A DNA stretch of 64,000 nt, taken from Cyanophora paradoxa CCMP329 (lineage: Eukaryota; Plantae; Glaucophyta). Numbering within the stretch: the stretch's first letter is position 1; the number at the start of each line of letters is the position of its first letter. The position numbers were made by a program, and so were the translations under genes. The notes under the pieces were generated by a model. That model was not told the DNA's origin and made no database searches. It saw nothing but the letters and a program-made list of their open reading frames with translations. The stretch is from assembly GCA_004431415.1 (NCBI GenBank), contig QPMI01000010.1:496001-560000 (forward strand), given 5' to 3'. Shown piece after piece: positions 24,225 to 35,705 of the stretch.

Positions 24225-27200
24225 ATGTCGGCACAGAAGTGCGTCGTCGGCATTCCCGTCACACTGCTCCGTCACATTCGAAGCTGATTGTCCGCTTGCC
24301 GCGCAGGAAGCTGCAAGGCAAGTCGTGAACTCCAGTGCAGCGGATGCTGACGCTAACGAGCTTCGCGCAGGCGAGATCGATCGCACGCTAAAGCTAATCC
24401 AGGAAGGCATTGGCGAATTCGATGAAATATGGGAGAAGGTCCACAGTGCCCAGAACGCGAACCAGAAGGAGAAGTACGAGGCGGATCTGAAGAAGCAGAT
24501 CAAGAAGCTTCAGCGGTCTGCTGTCCTCCATGGCTCAAACGCTACGGCGCCGTCATTCGCGTCGCGCAGGTACCGTGACCAGATCAAGTCATGGCTGACA
24601 AGCAATGACATCAAGGACAAGCGACCGCTCATCGATGCCCGCAAGGCCATCGAGGCGGTGCGGCGGCTTGCATGCATGGGCGCGCCATTGCTTAGCTGAC
24701 CGCCGCTCCCAGGAAATGGAGCGCTTCAAGGTTTGCGAAAAGGAGACAAAGACCAAGGCGTACTCGAAGGAGGGCCTGGGCCAGAAGGACAAGGTTGATC
24801 CCCAGGCGAAGGCGAAACAGGAAGTCTGCGCATCGCCGGACCCAGGGCCCCATCGCCTTGCTGACGCGTGTCCGCACGTTCGCAGGTACGACAATGGATC
24901 GGTGACTGTCTAGATACGTTGCAGACCCAGATCGATTCGTTCGAGGCGGACCTGGAGGCGATGCGGACGAAGAAGAGCAAGTCCGCGGGCGATAAGGCGA
25001 AGTGCGATGCGCTGGAAAGGTGCAGCGAAAGGCATAAACACCATCAAAGAAAGCTGGAACAGATATTGCGGCTTATGGAAAACGACTCGCTATCGCCCGA
25101 CAAGGTCCACCGCCACTGGGCCCCTTCCTATCTCGGACCTGGGCTCACGCCGCGCCTTCCTCGCAGATCAACGAAGTAAGAGACGGCATACAATACTATC
25201 TCGACAGCAATCAGGCGCGCTCGCGAATCGCTTGCGTCCGCGCCGCCGCCGCTCACTTTGAAATCAGGAGGCGGACTTCGTCGAGGACGAGGAGTTGTAC
25301 GAGGGGCTCAAGCTTGACGAGTTCGGCGTGGGAGACCAAAGCGGATCCGAAGACAACAGCGACATCGAGAGCGATCTGAAGGGTGCGCGGCCGTCGCTGG
25401 GGCGTCGATGTCCTGTTGCGGGCGAGCCGACGCCGTGAGCAGACGACACGAGGAGCGAACAGTCCGGAGCGACCGCTGGAAAGAAGGAGTCGGCGCCCGA
25501 ACCGCCGAAGCCAAAGCCTGTTCCAGTTCCCGAACCGCCGAAGGTGCCCGCTGCCCCGCCGCGCCGCCCGGCTCGGCCCTGAGCCAGACGGCCGCAGCCG
25601 GCGTCCGTTCTCGCGACCCCGGCGGCAAGGCCAGCAGCGGCAGCGAAACCGGCACCAGCACCGGCGGCACCGGCGGCGCGGGCGGCGGTGGCGCCCGCAG
25701 CCGCCCCGGCGGCGGCAGCGGCGGCGGCAAGAAAAGCGGAAGTACACGAACCGCCCAAACCGCCGCTCGCGGCAATGGCAGGAAAGCCTGGCGCTCCCAC
25801 GGCGGCGGCGGTCGTTGCGCAAGCGAGGGGCCGAGCGGCCAGCCGCTTACCGCGGCCGAGGTCGCGCGCGGCCTCGCGAGCGGCTCCCAGCCGAAGGCGC
25901 CCACTGCGGCGGCGGCCGTCATGGCGGGGCCCCGGCGCAGGCTCCGCCCCCTCCGGCGCACCCTCCCCAGCCCTCCCCCACCGCGGCCGCGCACGCAGCC
26001 GAGCAGGCGTCTGCCGCGGCAGCGGCGGCAGCAGCGCAGCAGGCGGCGCAGCACGCAGCAGCAGCGCAGCAGGCGGCCGCCGCGCAGCAAGCGGCGCAAC
26101 AGGCGGCGGCCGCGCAGGCGGCCCAGCAGCAGGCGGCGGCGGCGGCAGCAGCGGCGGCGGCGGCGCAGCAGGCGGCCGCTGCCGCGGCGGCCATTCAGGG
26201 CCCTTCCTCTTCCGACCTCTTCAAGTCTTCCCCGCAGGCGAGCGAAGAAGCGATGCTGCTCCGGGCCGCAAGCGAGGCTGCCCTCGACGAATCCCCCCTG
26301 GTCCGCCTCTACCCCTCCTCCCTTCCACCCCCCCCCCTCACCGTCCCTCCCTCAGGACGCCTTTGCCACGGGCTCCGTCCTGGGCGCCCTCGAAGACCTC
26401 GCCTCCGCCGGCCCCGACATCCACGCCCAGCGTGCGTACCCCCCTCTTCCTCCCTCCCCAAAAGCCTTTTCCCCGTTTCCATTCTTTCCTTCCTCCGTCT
26501 CCTCCTCCTTGCGTTCCGGTGATGCCTTGTTCTCTACCTTCGCGAACCGAGCGATTCATGATGGATACTTATTACTGGTGCTCCGCGCACCCTGAGGAAC
26601 GCCGATATTTTCTCTTTCTTTCGAAACTTAGCTTCCTCTTCCGTGGCCGGTGATGCCCAATATAATCTTTGAGACCTGAACTTATGTTGACAAACTCGGC
26701 GCCTAGCACGCGCCCTGACGGCCTACGTCCCCTTGCCCGTTTTTTATTTCTCGCTCCACTTCAGCGCCTATTTCTCGCTCCACTTCCAGCGCCCACTGAT
26801 GCCCAATATAATCTTTGAGACCTGAACTCTCTGTTGACAAACTCGGCGCCTAGCACGCGCCCTGAGGGCCCATCTCCACTTCCCCGTTTATCACCCCTTT
26901 TCGCTTCTTTTCGCGCTCATAATCCTCAAGAGCCCCCTGATGCCCAATATAATCTTTGAGACCTGAACTCTCTGTTGACAAACCTGGCGCCTAGCACGCG
27001 CCCTGAGGGCTCTACCCGCCCCCCTCTGCCCCCTACTGCCGCCCTCCCTCCCCGCCCGCCCCGCGCCGCTGACCGCCTCGATTGGGCTTCTTCCTTTCGC
27101 CGCAGTCCTCGCTGGAGACCACTCCGCCCGCCTCGCCGCCCTCGAAACTTCGTACCGTATGATCCCCGAGCCCGCCGACTCCGAACGGTGCCCGTTTTTC

Positions 27201-27750
27201 TTCCTTCTTCCTTTCCGTGGAGAGGGGTTTCGGATCGAATGTCTCCGGCGCCGCAGCCCGAAGGTGTACGTCCCAAGGAACCCCTGCGCCGTCCCGGCCT
27301 CCTTCCCCCAGATGCCCCTACCCCTCTTCGAGGAGGGCGCCACCTTCGAGCGGCTGGACACGGACACGCTCTTCTTCGTCTTCTACTACCAGCAGGGCTC
27401 CCTCCAGCAGTACCTCGCCGCCCGCGAGCTCAAGAAGCAGTCCTGGCGCTACCACAAGAAGTACCTCACCTGGTTCCAGCGGCACGAGGAGCCCAAGCTC
27501 ACCACCGACGAGTACGAGCAGGCGCGCCGCCTTCTTTCGAGTACCCCCTCGGGACTCTCCCCCTTCCCTTATTTCTTCGTTCGCAGGGCACGTACGTGTA
27601 CTTCGACTACGAGACCGGCTGGTGCCAGCGGATCAAGGTGCCCCCCGCTTCTCGTTTCAAAAACCCGCTTCCACCCTTACGCCGTTCCCCCCACCTCAGT
27701 CCGAATTCACTTTCGAGTACGGGTACCTGGAAGATCTCGAGCTGCTCTGA
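24225..27750 (+). CDS. NOT3: CCR4-NOT complex subunit 3 (NOT3/5)
   Basis: N-terminal [57 protein letters not shown]; C-terminal NOT box [69 protein letters not shown]. Confidence 0.97.
26511..26602 (+). ncRNA. intronic box C/D snoRNA, target not identified
   Basis: Terminal stem GCGTTCC/GGAACGC; box C GTGATGC (26519); D' CCGA; C' ATGATGG; box D CTGA (26592). Confidence 0.7.
26645..26723 (+). ncRNA. intronic box C/D snoRNA guiding 18S rRNA Cm38 (plant snoR66-like), copy 1
   Basis: Stem GGCCG/CGGCC; box C GTGATGC; guide TAATCTTTGAGAC is antisense to the conserved 18S GTCTCAAAGATTA and lies directly before D' CTGA; the +5 rule gives C38; box D CTGA at 26715. Confidence 0.85.
26791..26869 (+). 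ncRNA. intronic box C/D snoRNA (18S Cm38 guide), copy 2
   Basis: Same core as copy 1; terminal stem GCCC/GGGC. Confidence 0.85.
26929..27013 (+). ncRNA. intronic box C/D snoRNA (18S Cm38 guide), copy 3
   Basis: Same core; terminal stem AGAGCCC/GGGCTCT. Confidence 0.85.
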
Positions 27751-28201
27751 GGGGCCCCTCCAGGGCCCCTCCCCTCAGCCCGTGCCGCGTTCCTTCCCGC
27801 CGCGGCGCTCCCCTTCCCTTCGTCTCCTTTCGGCCTGTAGGTCAGCGCGACTGTATTCATGTTCCCAATCGCATTGAACCTCCGAAACGCGCGCTTGCAC
27901 GTGTGCCACGGTTCATATCTCGCTTTGCACATGTATGTGTAGCCTCCACCGACCAGACCGAAATGAGGGGGCGAGTGGGCTGGGCCAGCGTTGAAAAAGT
28001 TCGAGCGACTGCATTGTTACCGAGATACGGAAGTACGGAAACCTAGGGATCACTATCTTACAGCGGGCAAGGGACGGGACCGGAAGTTCGAAAAACGGGC
28101 GGAAGGGAAGGAGGAGGGAGGGCGGGCGGCGGGGGGCGGACGAGGGGAGGACGGGGCGGAGGGAAGGAGGCGGCGGGGTCCGGGGGCTGCAGCTAAGCTC
28201 G

Positions 28202-29132
28202 TTAGTCGTCGGCGACGACGACGACCTCCTTGGACATCCTTTGGATGTCCTTCTCGATGTTCGCGAGCTCCGCCTCGAGGTCCTCCTTCCGCTTCTTCTT
28301 GCTCACCGTGTCGAGGACGACGGGCAGCGTCTGGAACTGCCTGTTGAGGACCTCCCACCGCTGCTTCAGGCCCGAGAGGACCTCGCGCTTCTCGTCCTCG
28401 GCGAGCACGCGGAACCGCGGCTGGCCGGCCCGCTCGTGTGCGTCCTGCACGTTGCGGATGTACTCGTACTCCTCCGCTATCTGCGTCTTCACCTTCTCCA
28501 GGTACTGCGGCACTGCGAGGTGTGTCAGGCGGGCCGCGCAGAGCCGAGGCGCGCGAGCAGGCGCGGGCGGACCCTTGCCGTAATCCGGCTTCTTCGTGTA
28601 ATCCAAGGGCTCCGGCTTCCGCTTGGGCACTGCGCGCCGGAGCGTCAGGTCCCAGTTTAGCTTCCGGACTGGGCCGTTGGCCGTGCGGCCCGGCGCACCC
28701 ATGAGGATGTTCTCTACTGCGTTAGCGGTGATGAAATTCTTCTCGCTCTTCAGATTCATGATCGGCTTCTCCTCCTTCCTGGGCACCGACGGCTTCTTCT
28801 CCTCTGTCCTCATGAAGGGCTTGGCTGCGCGGCGCAGGTGTTCGGTCAGCACGAAGATCGGAAGGAGTAGCTTAGCTAGTGTGGCGCGTGGACGGCTAGG
28901 ACAGGGCGGGGCCGCGCTCACGCTCAGGCAGGACGCCCTTGGTCTTCTCGCCGGCCCGGACGAACGCCTTCGGGTCAGGCTTGCCCACAGGCCTGCCCAT
29001 CGTCGCTGCGGGCTTCTTCTGCTTGGCCGCCTCCGGCAGCTCGGGCGGATGCATGCTCTTGTACTGTGGTGGCTTCATGCGCGGCGCCTCCTGCATCGGG
29101 ATAAGGTTGAAGATGCTCTCGCCCGTCTCCAT
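28202..29132 (-). CDS. ENKUR: enkurin (FAP106), axonemal protein
   Basis: ESIFNLIP..QYKSMH, KNFITANAVENI, YTKKPDYGKVPQYLEKVK, VLSGLKQRWEVLNRQFQTLPVVLDT..RKEDLEAELANIEKDI. Confidence 0.92.
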
Positions 29133-29261
29133 GTTGTGCTGCTGTGGTTCTGCTGCTCTTGATGCCTAGCTTCGCTCGGCGGTCGTGCTCTGTATTTGGT
29201 CTGGGTCTCGGTTGTGTACCCAGGGCGGGTCCTTCAACGTGTACCCCGGCGCCGCAGCAAA

Positions 29262-32200
29262 ATGTCGATCCTCGACAAGCACGAGCTGGTTCTGATCCTG
29301 GACTTCGGATCGCAGTACACGCACCTCATTGCACGGAGAGTTCGTGAGCTCAACGTTTTCTGCGAGCTCGTCGCGTGCAATGTCCCCGTCGAAACGATCA
29401 AGGCGAAGAAGCCGAAGGCGATCATCCTCTCCGGAGGCCCTAGCTCAGTGTGCGTACGCAGCCCGCGCGGCTCCTGGCAGCACACCGGCGCAAGAGCTGG
29501 GCCCCGATCGCGCGCCGCTAGCGGATAGTCAGCAGGGCGGGGCCGCAGCCACGACGCCACCCTGACTTGCGCTGACCCGGTTATTGCGTGGCAGGTACGA
29601 GAAGGACGCGCCCCATGCGCCCGCTGAGTTGTGGGAGCTGGACCTGCCAATGCTCGGGATCTGCTACGGCATGCAGGAGATGTGCCGCTCGCACGGCGGC
29701 ACGGTCACTGCTGGAGACAAGCGCGAGTTCGGTCGCGCCGAGCTGAAGATCAACAAGGCTAACCCGCTCTTCGAGGGGCTGCCCGGTCCGTCCCGTCCTC
29801 GTCCCCGCCCCGCCACGGGCCCCTGCGCGCGGGGCGCAAGAGCGGCCGGCCGCACCTCGCGCCTTCGATCGCACGCCGTCCCTTCCGCTCACGCGCGCTG
29901 CCGCAGCGAGCGTGGAGGTGTGGATGAGCCACGGCGACAAGGTCACTGCGCTGCCCCCGGGCTTCGAGGACGTCGCGCACAGCGACAACTCGGAGCACGC
30001 GGCCGTCGGCCACAAGGAGAAGCGCATGTACGGAATCCAGGTACCCGCCCCGCCGCCGCCGCCGCACCCACCGCCCGCGCGCGCCGCCAGCGCCTCACGC
30101 CGGGCGCCGCCAGTTCCACCCCGAGGTGACGCACACGCCCCTGGGGAAGGAGATCCTGAAGAACTTCGTTCGCGGCATTGCGGGCCTCAAGGGTACGCCC
30201 TTACGCCTCCCCCCCCCCCTTCCCCCCGTCTCCTTCTCCTTCGCCGAGCGCGCCCCGTACCCCCAGGCGACTGGTCCATGGGGTCCTACATCGACGAGGC
30301 GATCCAGACGATCCGCGATCAGGTGCCGGAGGGCTCGAAGAAGCCGTACCCCCTTCGCTTGAACGTACCCCCCGGCCAGGTGGGGGAGAAGGGCCGGGTG
30401 ATCGGGGCGGTCTCGGGCGGCGTGGACTCGTCCGTCGCGGCCGTCCTCATGAACCGCGCCATCGGCGACCGGTGCGCGGCGCCTCCCGAGCGGGGCCGGG
30501 CGTAGTGTTGCTGTCCTAGCTCCTCGCCATTCCCGGCTCCTAGAGCTTCAGCGCTCGATCCTTAGATGCCGGCGTTCCCAGCCGTTCAGCGGCCGCCGCG
30601 TCCGCCGCGGGCGGGCGGGCGGGCGGGCAGCCGGGCGGGCGGAGAGCGTCCAGAGTGGCCGGGGCTAGCTAGCGCCGGGGGCGGCTCAGCGTCCTCCGGT
30701 CCTCGCACCCCGTCCGATGCGGATTCGACCCCGCGCGCGCGCGCAGCTTCCACGCGTTCCTCATCGACAGCGGCACGCTGCGCCTGAACGAGGCGGACGA
30801 GGCGCTCCCCCCCCCCCCCCCTCCCCGCCGCCCCGCCTAACTCCTACTCAGGTGGTGAAGCGGCTGCGGGACCGGATGGGCATCCACCTGACGGTCGTCG
30901 ACGCCGCCGACCTCTTCCTCGACCGCCTCAAGGGTGCGCTGTTGAAGGCTTCACGGCCCGCCCCGCCTTGCCCCCGTGCCGCGCAGCTCTAGCGTCCTCC
31001 TTCCTCCTCCTATGGCTGTACAGCCCGCCCTAGCCTAGCCTCCAAGCCCCGCCTCTTTCGGCTCCCTCCGGTCCCTCTTGCCCCCCCCCCCCCCCCCTTC
31101 CCCCCCCCTCCCCCCGATTCCGGGTGCCCCCCTCCTTTCTTCCTCGCGTTGACCCCCGCTTTCTTTTTCGCCGCAGGCGTGGAGGACCCCGAGAAGAAGC
31201 GGAAGATCATCGGCAACACGTTCATCGACGTGTTCGAGGCGCGGCTGTACCCCTCCTCCGCCACCACCCGTCTTTACCCCGAAAAGCTGAGCCGCGTACC
31301 CCCGCAGGTTGAGGCGAAGAAGCTCGGCAAGGTGGACTTCTTGCTGCAGGGCACGCTGTACCCCGACGTGATTGAATCGATCTCGTACAAGGCCCGCCCT
31401 CCCCTTTCCCCCTCGATCCAAACCGGTCGGGCTCGCTAAACTCCTCCTCACTCTCGTCCGCCCCCAGGGCCCATCGGTCGTGATCAAGAGCCACCACAAC
31501 GTCGGGGGGCTACCAGAGAAGATGAACCTGAAGCTCATCGAGCCCCTGAGGGAGCTTTTCAAGGTGCGGGGGGTACGGCGGGGCCGGCCGAGGCTCGCGG
31601 CTGACGCGTCGGGGCGGGGGGGTACAGGACGAGGTCCGGACGCTGGGTCTCAAGCTCGGGATCGACGAGGACTCGGTTTTCCGGCACCCCTTCCCCGGCC
31701 CGGGCCTGGCCATCCGGTAAGCGCGGCCCCGCCGCCCCCTCGTCCGGCGGCACGGCGCGGCGCGGCGCGGCTCACGCGCCCCCCGCAGCGTCATCAGCGA
31801 CGTGTCCAAGCCGCAGCTCGACATCCTCCGCCAGGCAGGCGTACCCCCCGCGAGCTTCTTCCCCCCCCCCCTGAGCCCGGTTTGGGGTAGGCCGACGCGA
31901 TCTGGCTCGAGGAGATCCGGAAGGCGGGTCTCTACCGCCAGATCGGCCAGGCGCGTACCCCCCAACCCCGCCCGCCGCCGCGCCCCTGCCGCCCCTCGTT
32001 TATTCTCGCCGCAGGCGTTCGCCGTCCTTCTGCCGGTGAAGAGCGTCGGCGTGATGGGCGACTGCCGCACCTACGAGCAGGCGCACCCGGCCCTCGTACC
32101 CCCCCGTGCACTTTAAGCTCTTAACCCCGTACCCCCCGCAGGTCGTCGCCCTGCGGGCAGTCTCCACGACGGACTTCATGACGGCCGACTGGTGCGCCCG

Positions 32201-32441
32201 CCGCGCCCGCAGTGCCTGCATCCGTACCCCCTCGCTAAGCAGGGGGTACAGGTTCCCCATGCCAACGGAGGTGCTCCAGCGTGCGTCGAACCGCATCATC
32301 AACGAGGTCCGTGGCGTCAACCGGGTACGCCTGTGGACTTCGCTCGCACCCCTCCCTCTCCGTCCCCCGACCTTGTCGTACCCGCCGCAGGTCTGCTACG
32401 ACATTAGCTCGAAGCCTCCTGCGACGATTGAGTGGGAATGA
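29262..32441 (+). CDS. GMPS: GMP synthase (glutamine-hydrolysing), highly intron-rich
   Basis: [105 protein letters not shown]. Confidence 0.98.
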
Positions 32442-33457
32442 GTGCGGGGCTGGAACTTTGAATTCGAAGCTGGAGCCTCGGACGCCCTATGGCCCTATGG
32501 CGCCCAATCGCAACGTCGACCCGTTTTAATCCGATGACCAGCCATGCGGTTTCCGCATTCGTTGCGAACTTTTGGAATGCCCTCTAGCTCTAGATCTGCG
32601 GCCCGGCTGTTTCCTGTGCACCGGTAACATAATGCGAATGCTCATATTGTGATACCATGCATATGATATCGCCGAGTCGATCGATATCATGATCATCATC
32701 ATACCAAGATGGCGCGCGCTGCAGCTGCGCGGGCGCCCCGGCCAGGCGCAGGCGCGCGCGCGGCTGGCGCCGGCTATCGCGTGCATAAATGGCGCCGGCT
32801 GCCACGTCGACGGGTATACCATCATCAGAGCGTCGGGGACGCAGGGACCGCGGCAGGGTATACTAATTGGAAATCGTGACCGCGTGCGTGAATCCGTGCA
32901 CGGTGCACCGTGCACGTGCACGTGCACGTGCAAAACGCATTAATTTCATGCCGCATTAATAGTAAGGTTATGCTTTGTTTTTTTGGTGAATTACCGGCCA
33001 CAGGCCCACAGCCTCTAGTCTACTCCAGCACTGTGGCCCTGTGGGGGCGTATTATGCCGCGTATACAAGGTTACTAGTTATGCTGGAGAGTCAGTGGAGA
33101 CTCAGTGGAGCCTAGAGTGGAGTGCTGGGAGAGTATGCTGGAGAGCTAGAAATATTTAGTGGGCTGCATATTCATACTAGTAGTACTAAACATTTTTGGG
33201 CGATGTACGTATATACGTGGGCTCTTGCCAAAGGTCGAGCTCTCGAGCTTGCCCCTTCGCTGTCAATGCATTGTTAACCCTCGGAGGTTCGATGAGTCAC
33301 GCGTCATGGAGGTTTGGGTGTTATATTGCGATCAGGTACGCCCCGCACTAACAGGGGGGCTAGCACTAACCGACGCGGGGAGTAACAGCCGACGTACCCC
33401 CCGGGGGGCCTCCCGGCCTCTGACTACGCTCAGGCTCTAACTGAATGCTGTACCCCC

Positions 33458-34186
33458 TCACTGGCCGAAGTGCGACGGTCCCCAGTCGAGGTCGGGGTGG
33501 GGCCATGGGGGCCTCCGGCGGGGTACGATGCTCCCGCTTGCCAGTTCCATGTACTCCCCCACGGGGTTGTCTTCGTCTGCGAGGTCCTTATAGTTGCCCT
33601 TTACGAGATCCGCTGCCGCTTTGCGCCAGCGAACGGCCACGTTGTACGTGTTGTCGATGATGTTCTGCACCGTACCCTCCATAGGTGTTAGGGACGGTTT
33701 GTAGGTGAGATAGTCGTCCCTCTTACGCAGGTTCAATTCCCTTTCGTAGTACTCCACTGCGCTTGGGAGGGCCCTGAGCTCCACCGCGTGCTCGCCCGGG
33801 TCCGACGAGCTAATGAGTCCGGAGCGCTGCAGTGCGTTCACAGCCGCCCGCAACACGATTTTGCCTACCCCCCGCATCGAATCCCTCTGCTCGGGCGTCC
33901 CGTACTCCCCCTGCGGCCCGTAATCGTTGTAGTAGCTTTCTATTTCGACGGTGGCTGGCTTATTGCCGACCTGAGGCTTGACAGAGCCGTACACCCATGC
34001 CATAGCGTCATTGTCCGCTGAGCGGGCTTTCTTGGAAGGGGGCGGCAGCACTTCGATTTTGAACTCCCTGGTCCGTCGGTTGACGAGTGTTTTTAGATTG
34101 AGGGGGAGGCGCGTATCCCCGAATTTATCAGGAAAGAGGCGGTGTAGCTTAAACCACGCTTCCTGATCACCGTAGGTGTACGACAT
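33458..34186 (-). CDS. viral GNAT-family acetyltransferase-like protein
   Basis: Motif A-like MRGVGKIVLRAAV and motif B-like VELRALPSAVEYYERELNL; ATG at 34186 preceded by AAATTCTC. Confidence 0.6.
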   Translation of the reverse strand: MSYTYGDQEAWFKLHRLFPDKFGDTRLPLNLKTLVNRRTREFKIEVLPPPSKKARSADNDAMAWVYGSVKPQVGNKPATVEIESYYNDYGPQGEYGTPEQRDSMRGVGKIVLRAAVNALQRSGLISSSDPGEHAVELRALPSAVEYYERELNLRKRDDYLTYKPSLTPMEGTVQNIIDNTYNVAVRWRKAAADLVKGNYKDLADEDNPVGEYMELASGSIVPRRRPPWPHPDLDWGPSHFGQ

Positions 34187-34227
34187 TTGCTCGCGGCTCG
34201 CTGAGAATTTATACCTGTACCCCCTAC

Positions 34228-34950
34228 TCAGGCGATCCTCCGCCACTTCAGGCGACCGTTCTCGACGTCGGGGTAGAATCGGTCCTCTGGTAAAATCTCT
34301 GGCCTCGTCTCGCCTGGTAGACGATTGCGGTCATCTGTCAGCCACTCGCGCAGGGCACCGCCAAGGGCGCGGCCACGGGCCGTTGCCGCCTCTCGCTCTC
34401 TGGCCGCCCTTACCTCAAGGAGCTGAGCCCCCGTTGGGTCGGGGGGGCCGTACGTTACGGATGCGATGTAGGGATCGCCCGCCTCAATTCCGTTCCAACC
34501 CTCGGGTATCAAATACGGGGGCGGGGCGTAGAGGGGTTCATCGAACTCTTCGGGCTCCCGCGGGGTCTGATTGTAGTACACGAGCTTCTGAATGCTTCTC
34601 CTGAAGTCGTTGAGTGGATTTCCCCCATCTTCCGGACCCAGGTACGCCCGGAATATTGACTCTTGGATGTCATCGGGCAGTTCGCCCATGGGGCTCTTGC
34701 GCGAGCCGAATACCCACCAGAGCTTCTTCAGCTCGTCGAGCACGCCGCCCAGATTGTCACTGTAGCTTATTTCGGCTACGGGGGGGTCGTACGTTCGAAC
34801 ATCCACTGTCGATTTGAGCCCTTTGCGAGCTACGTCGCGCAACGTTGTAGCTGTCACGCCCCCATCTGAAATTGATCTTGGGATTTCCTCCTTCACCCAG
34901 TCTATCAGCCCGCGCACTTGCTGGACATAGTCTTTAATGTACCCGGACAT
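34228..34950 (-). CDS. viral hypothetical protein with an F-box-like segment
   Basis: 240-aa intronless ORF; ELPDDIQESIFRAYL resembles the F-box core. Confidence 0.6.
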   Translation of the reverse strand: MSGYIKDYVQQVRGLIDWVKEEIPRSISDGGVTATTLRDVARKGLKSTVDVRTYDPPVAEISYSDNLGGVLDELKKLWWVFGSRKSPMGELPDDIQESIFRAYLGPEDGGNPLNDFRRSIQKLVYYNQTPREPEEFDEPLYAPPPYLIPEGWNGIEAGDPYIASVTYGPPDPTGAQLLEVRAAREREAATARGRALGGALREWLTDDRNRLPGETRPEILPEDRFYPDVENGRLKWRRIA

Positions 34951-35001
34951 TTGCAATTGCACACATCAAGAAATTCTAAACGCTACTGCGAAGCTAAGGC
35001 T

Positions 35002-35655
35002 ATGGACTGCGAGACTTGCGAGAACTTACAACAGGGGAGCGCGGCGTGGCACGCGGCGCGCCGTGAAAAACTAACAGCATCTAATTTTGCGGCTGCGTGC
35101 GGCATAAATCCCTGGAAATCCAGGGCCCGCCTCTGGGCGGAGCTAAGCGGGATAGCAGAGGAAAACAACTTTGACAACCCTGCCCTAACCTACGGGCATG
35201 ACTATGAGCCCCTCGCGGTCTCTATCTACAAGGCACTGAACGATAACGTTGACATTAAACATACTGGACTGCACGAACATAAGGAGCTGCCCTTCCTGGC
35301 GGGAAGCCCGGACGGGTTAATCGGAAACGATCGCATCCTCGAAATAAAGGCGCCCTACAAACAAGAACTCTATGACAAGGTTCCTACCTATTACATGACG
35401 CAGCTGCAAGGACTTTTAGACATAACGGGCCGCGAGTGGGCCGAACTTTTTTGCTTCACTCCTCTGCGCGTGCAAACGTGGTACGTCAGGCGCGACGAGA
35501 GGTACATCGAGCTCATGAGGAAGTGCTTACATCTATTTTGGATGCACGTCAAGGCGGGGACGCCGCCCGAGCCCTACAGCGATCGAATGAAGTCAGAGAA
35601 CCTCAGCGAGGAGCAGGCGGCGCTGCGCGAGTTTAAGTCGTACGCCCTCCTCTAG
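35002..35655 (+). CDS. YqaJ-like viral recombinase / lambda-exonuclease (PD-(D/E)XK)
   Basis: QQGSAAWHAARREKLTASNF, YGHDYEP, LAGSPDGL, LEIKAP, YYMTQLQGLL. Confidence 0.93.
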   Translation: MDCETCENLQQGSAAWHAARREKLTASNFAAACGINPWKSRARLWAELSGIAEENNFDNPALTYGHDYEPLAVSIYKALNDNVDIKHTGLHEHKELPFLAGSPDGLIGNDRILEIKAPYKQELYDKVPTYYMTQLQGLLDITGREWAELFCFTPLRVQTWYVRRDERYIELMRKCLHLFWMHVKAGTPPEPYSDRMKSENLSEEQAALREFKSYALL

Positions 35656-35705
35656 TGTCCGGACCTTTCCAATACTCTATATGATTATTGGGAGGGTCCG
35701 GACAC
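35655..35705. terminator. 20-bp stem-loop directly after the YqaJ stop, between convergent genes
   Basis: GTGTCCGGACCTTTCCAATA ... TATTGGGAGGGTCCGGACAC (two G-U pairs). Confidence 0.55.

Noticed and set aside
26650-27006. Three ~70-bp repeats read as simple tandem duplication or CRISPR repeats
   Set aside because: Better explained as box C/D snoRNAs: C/D boxes, rRNA-antisense guide and compensating terminal stems
32996-33004. GGCCACAGG shared with the tRNA-Arg 5' end as a possible att site
   Set aside because: Only 9 bp in GC-rich DNA, expected by chance
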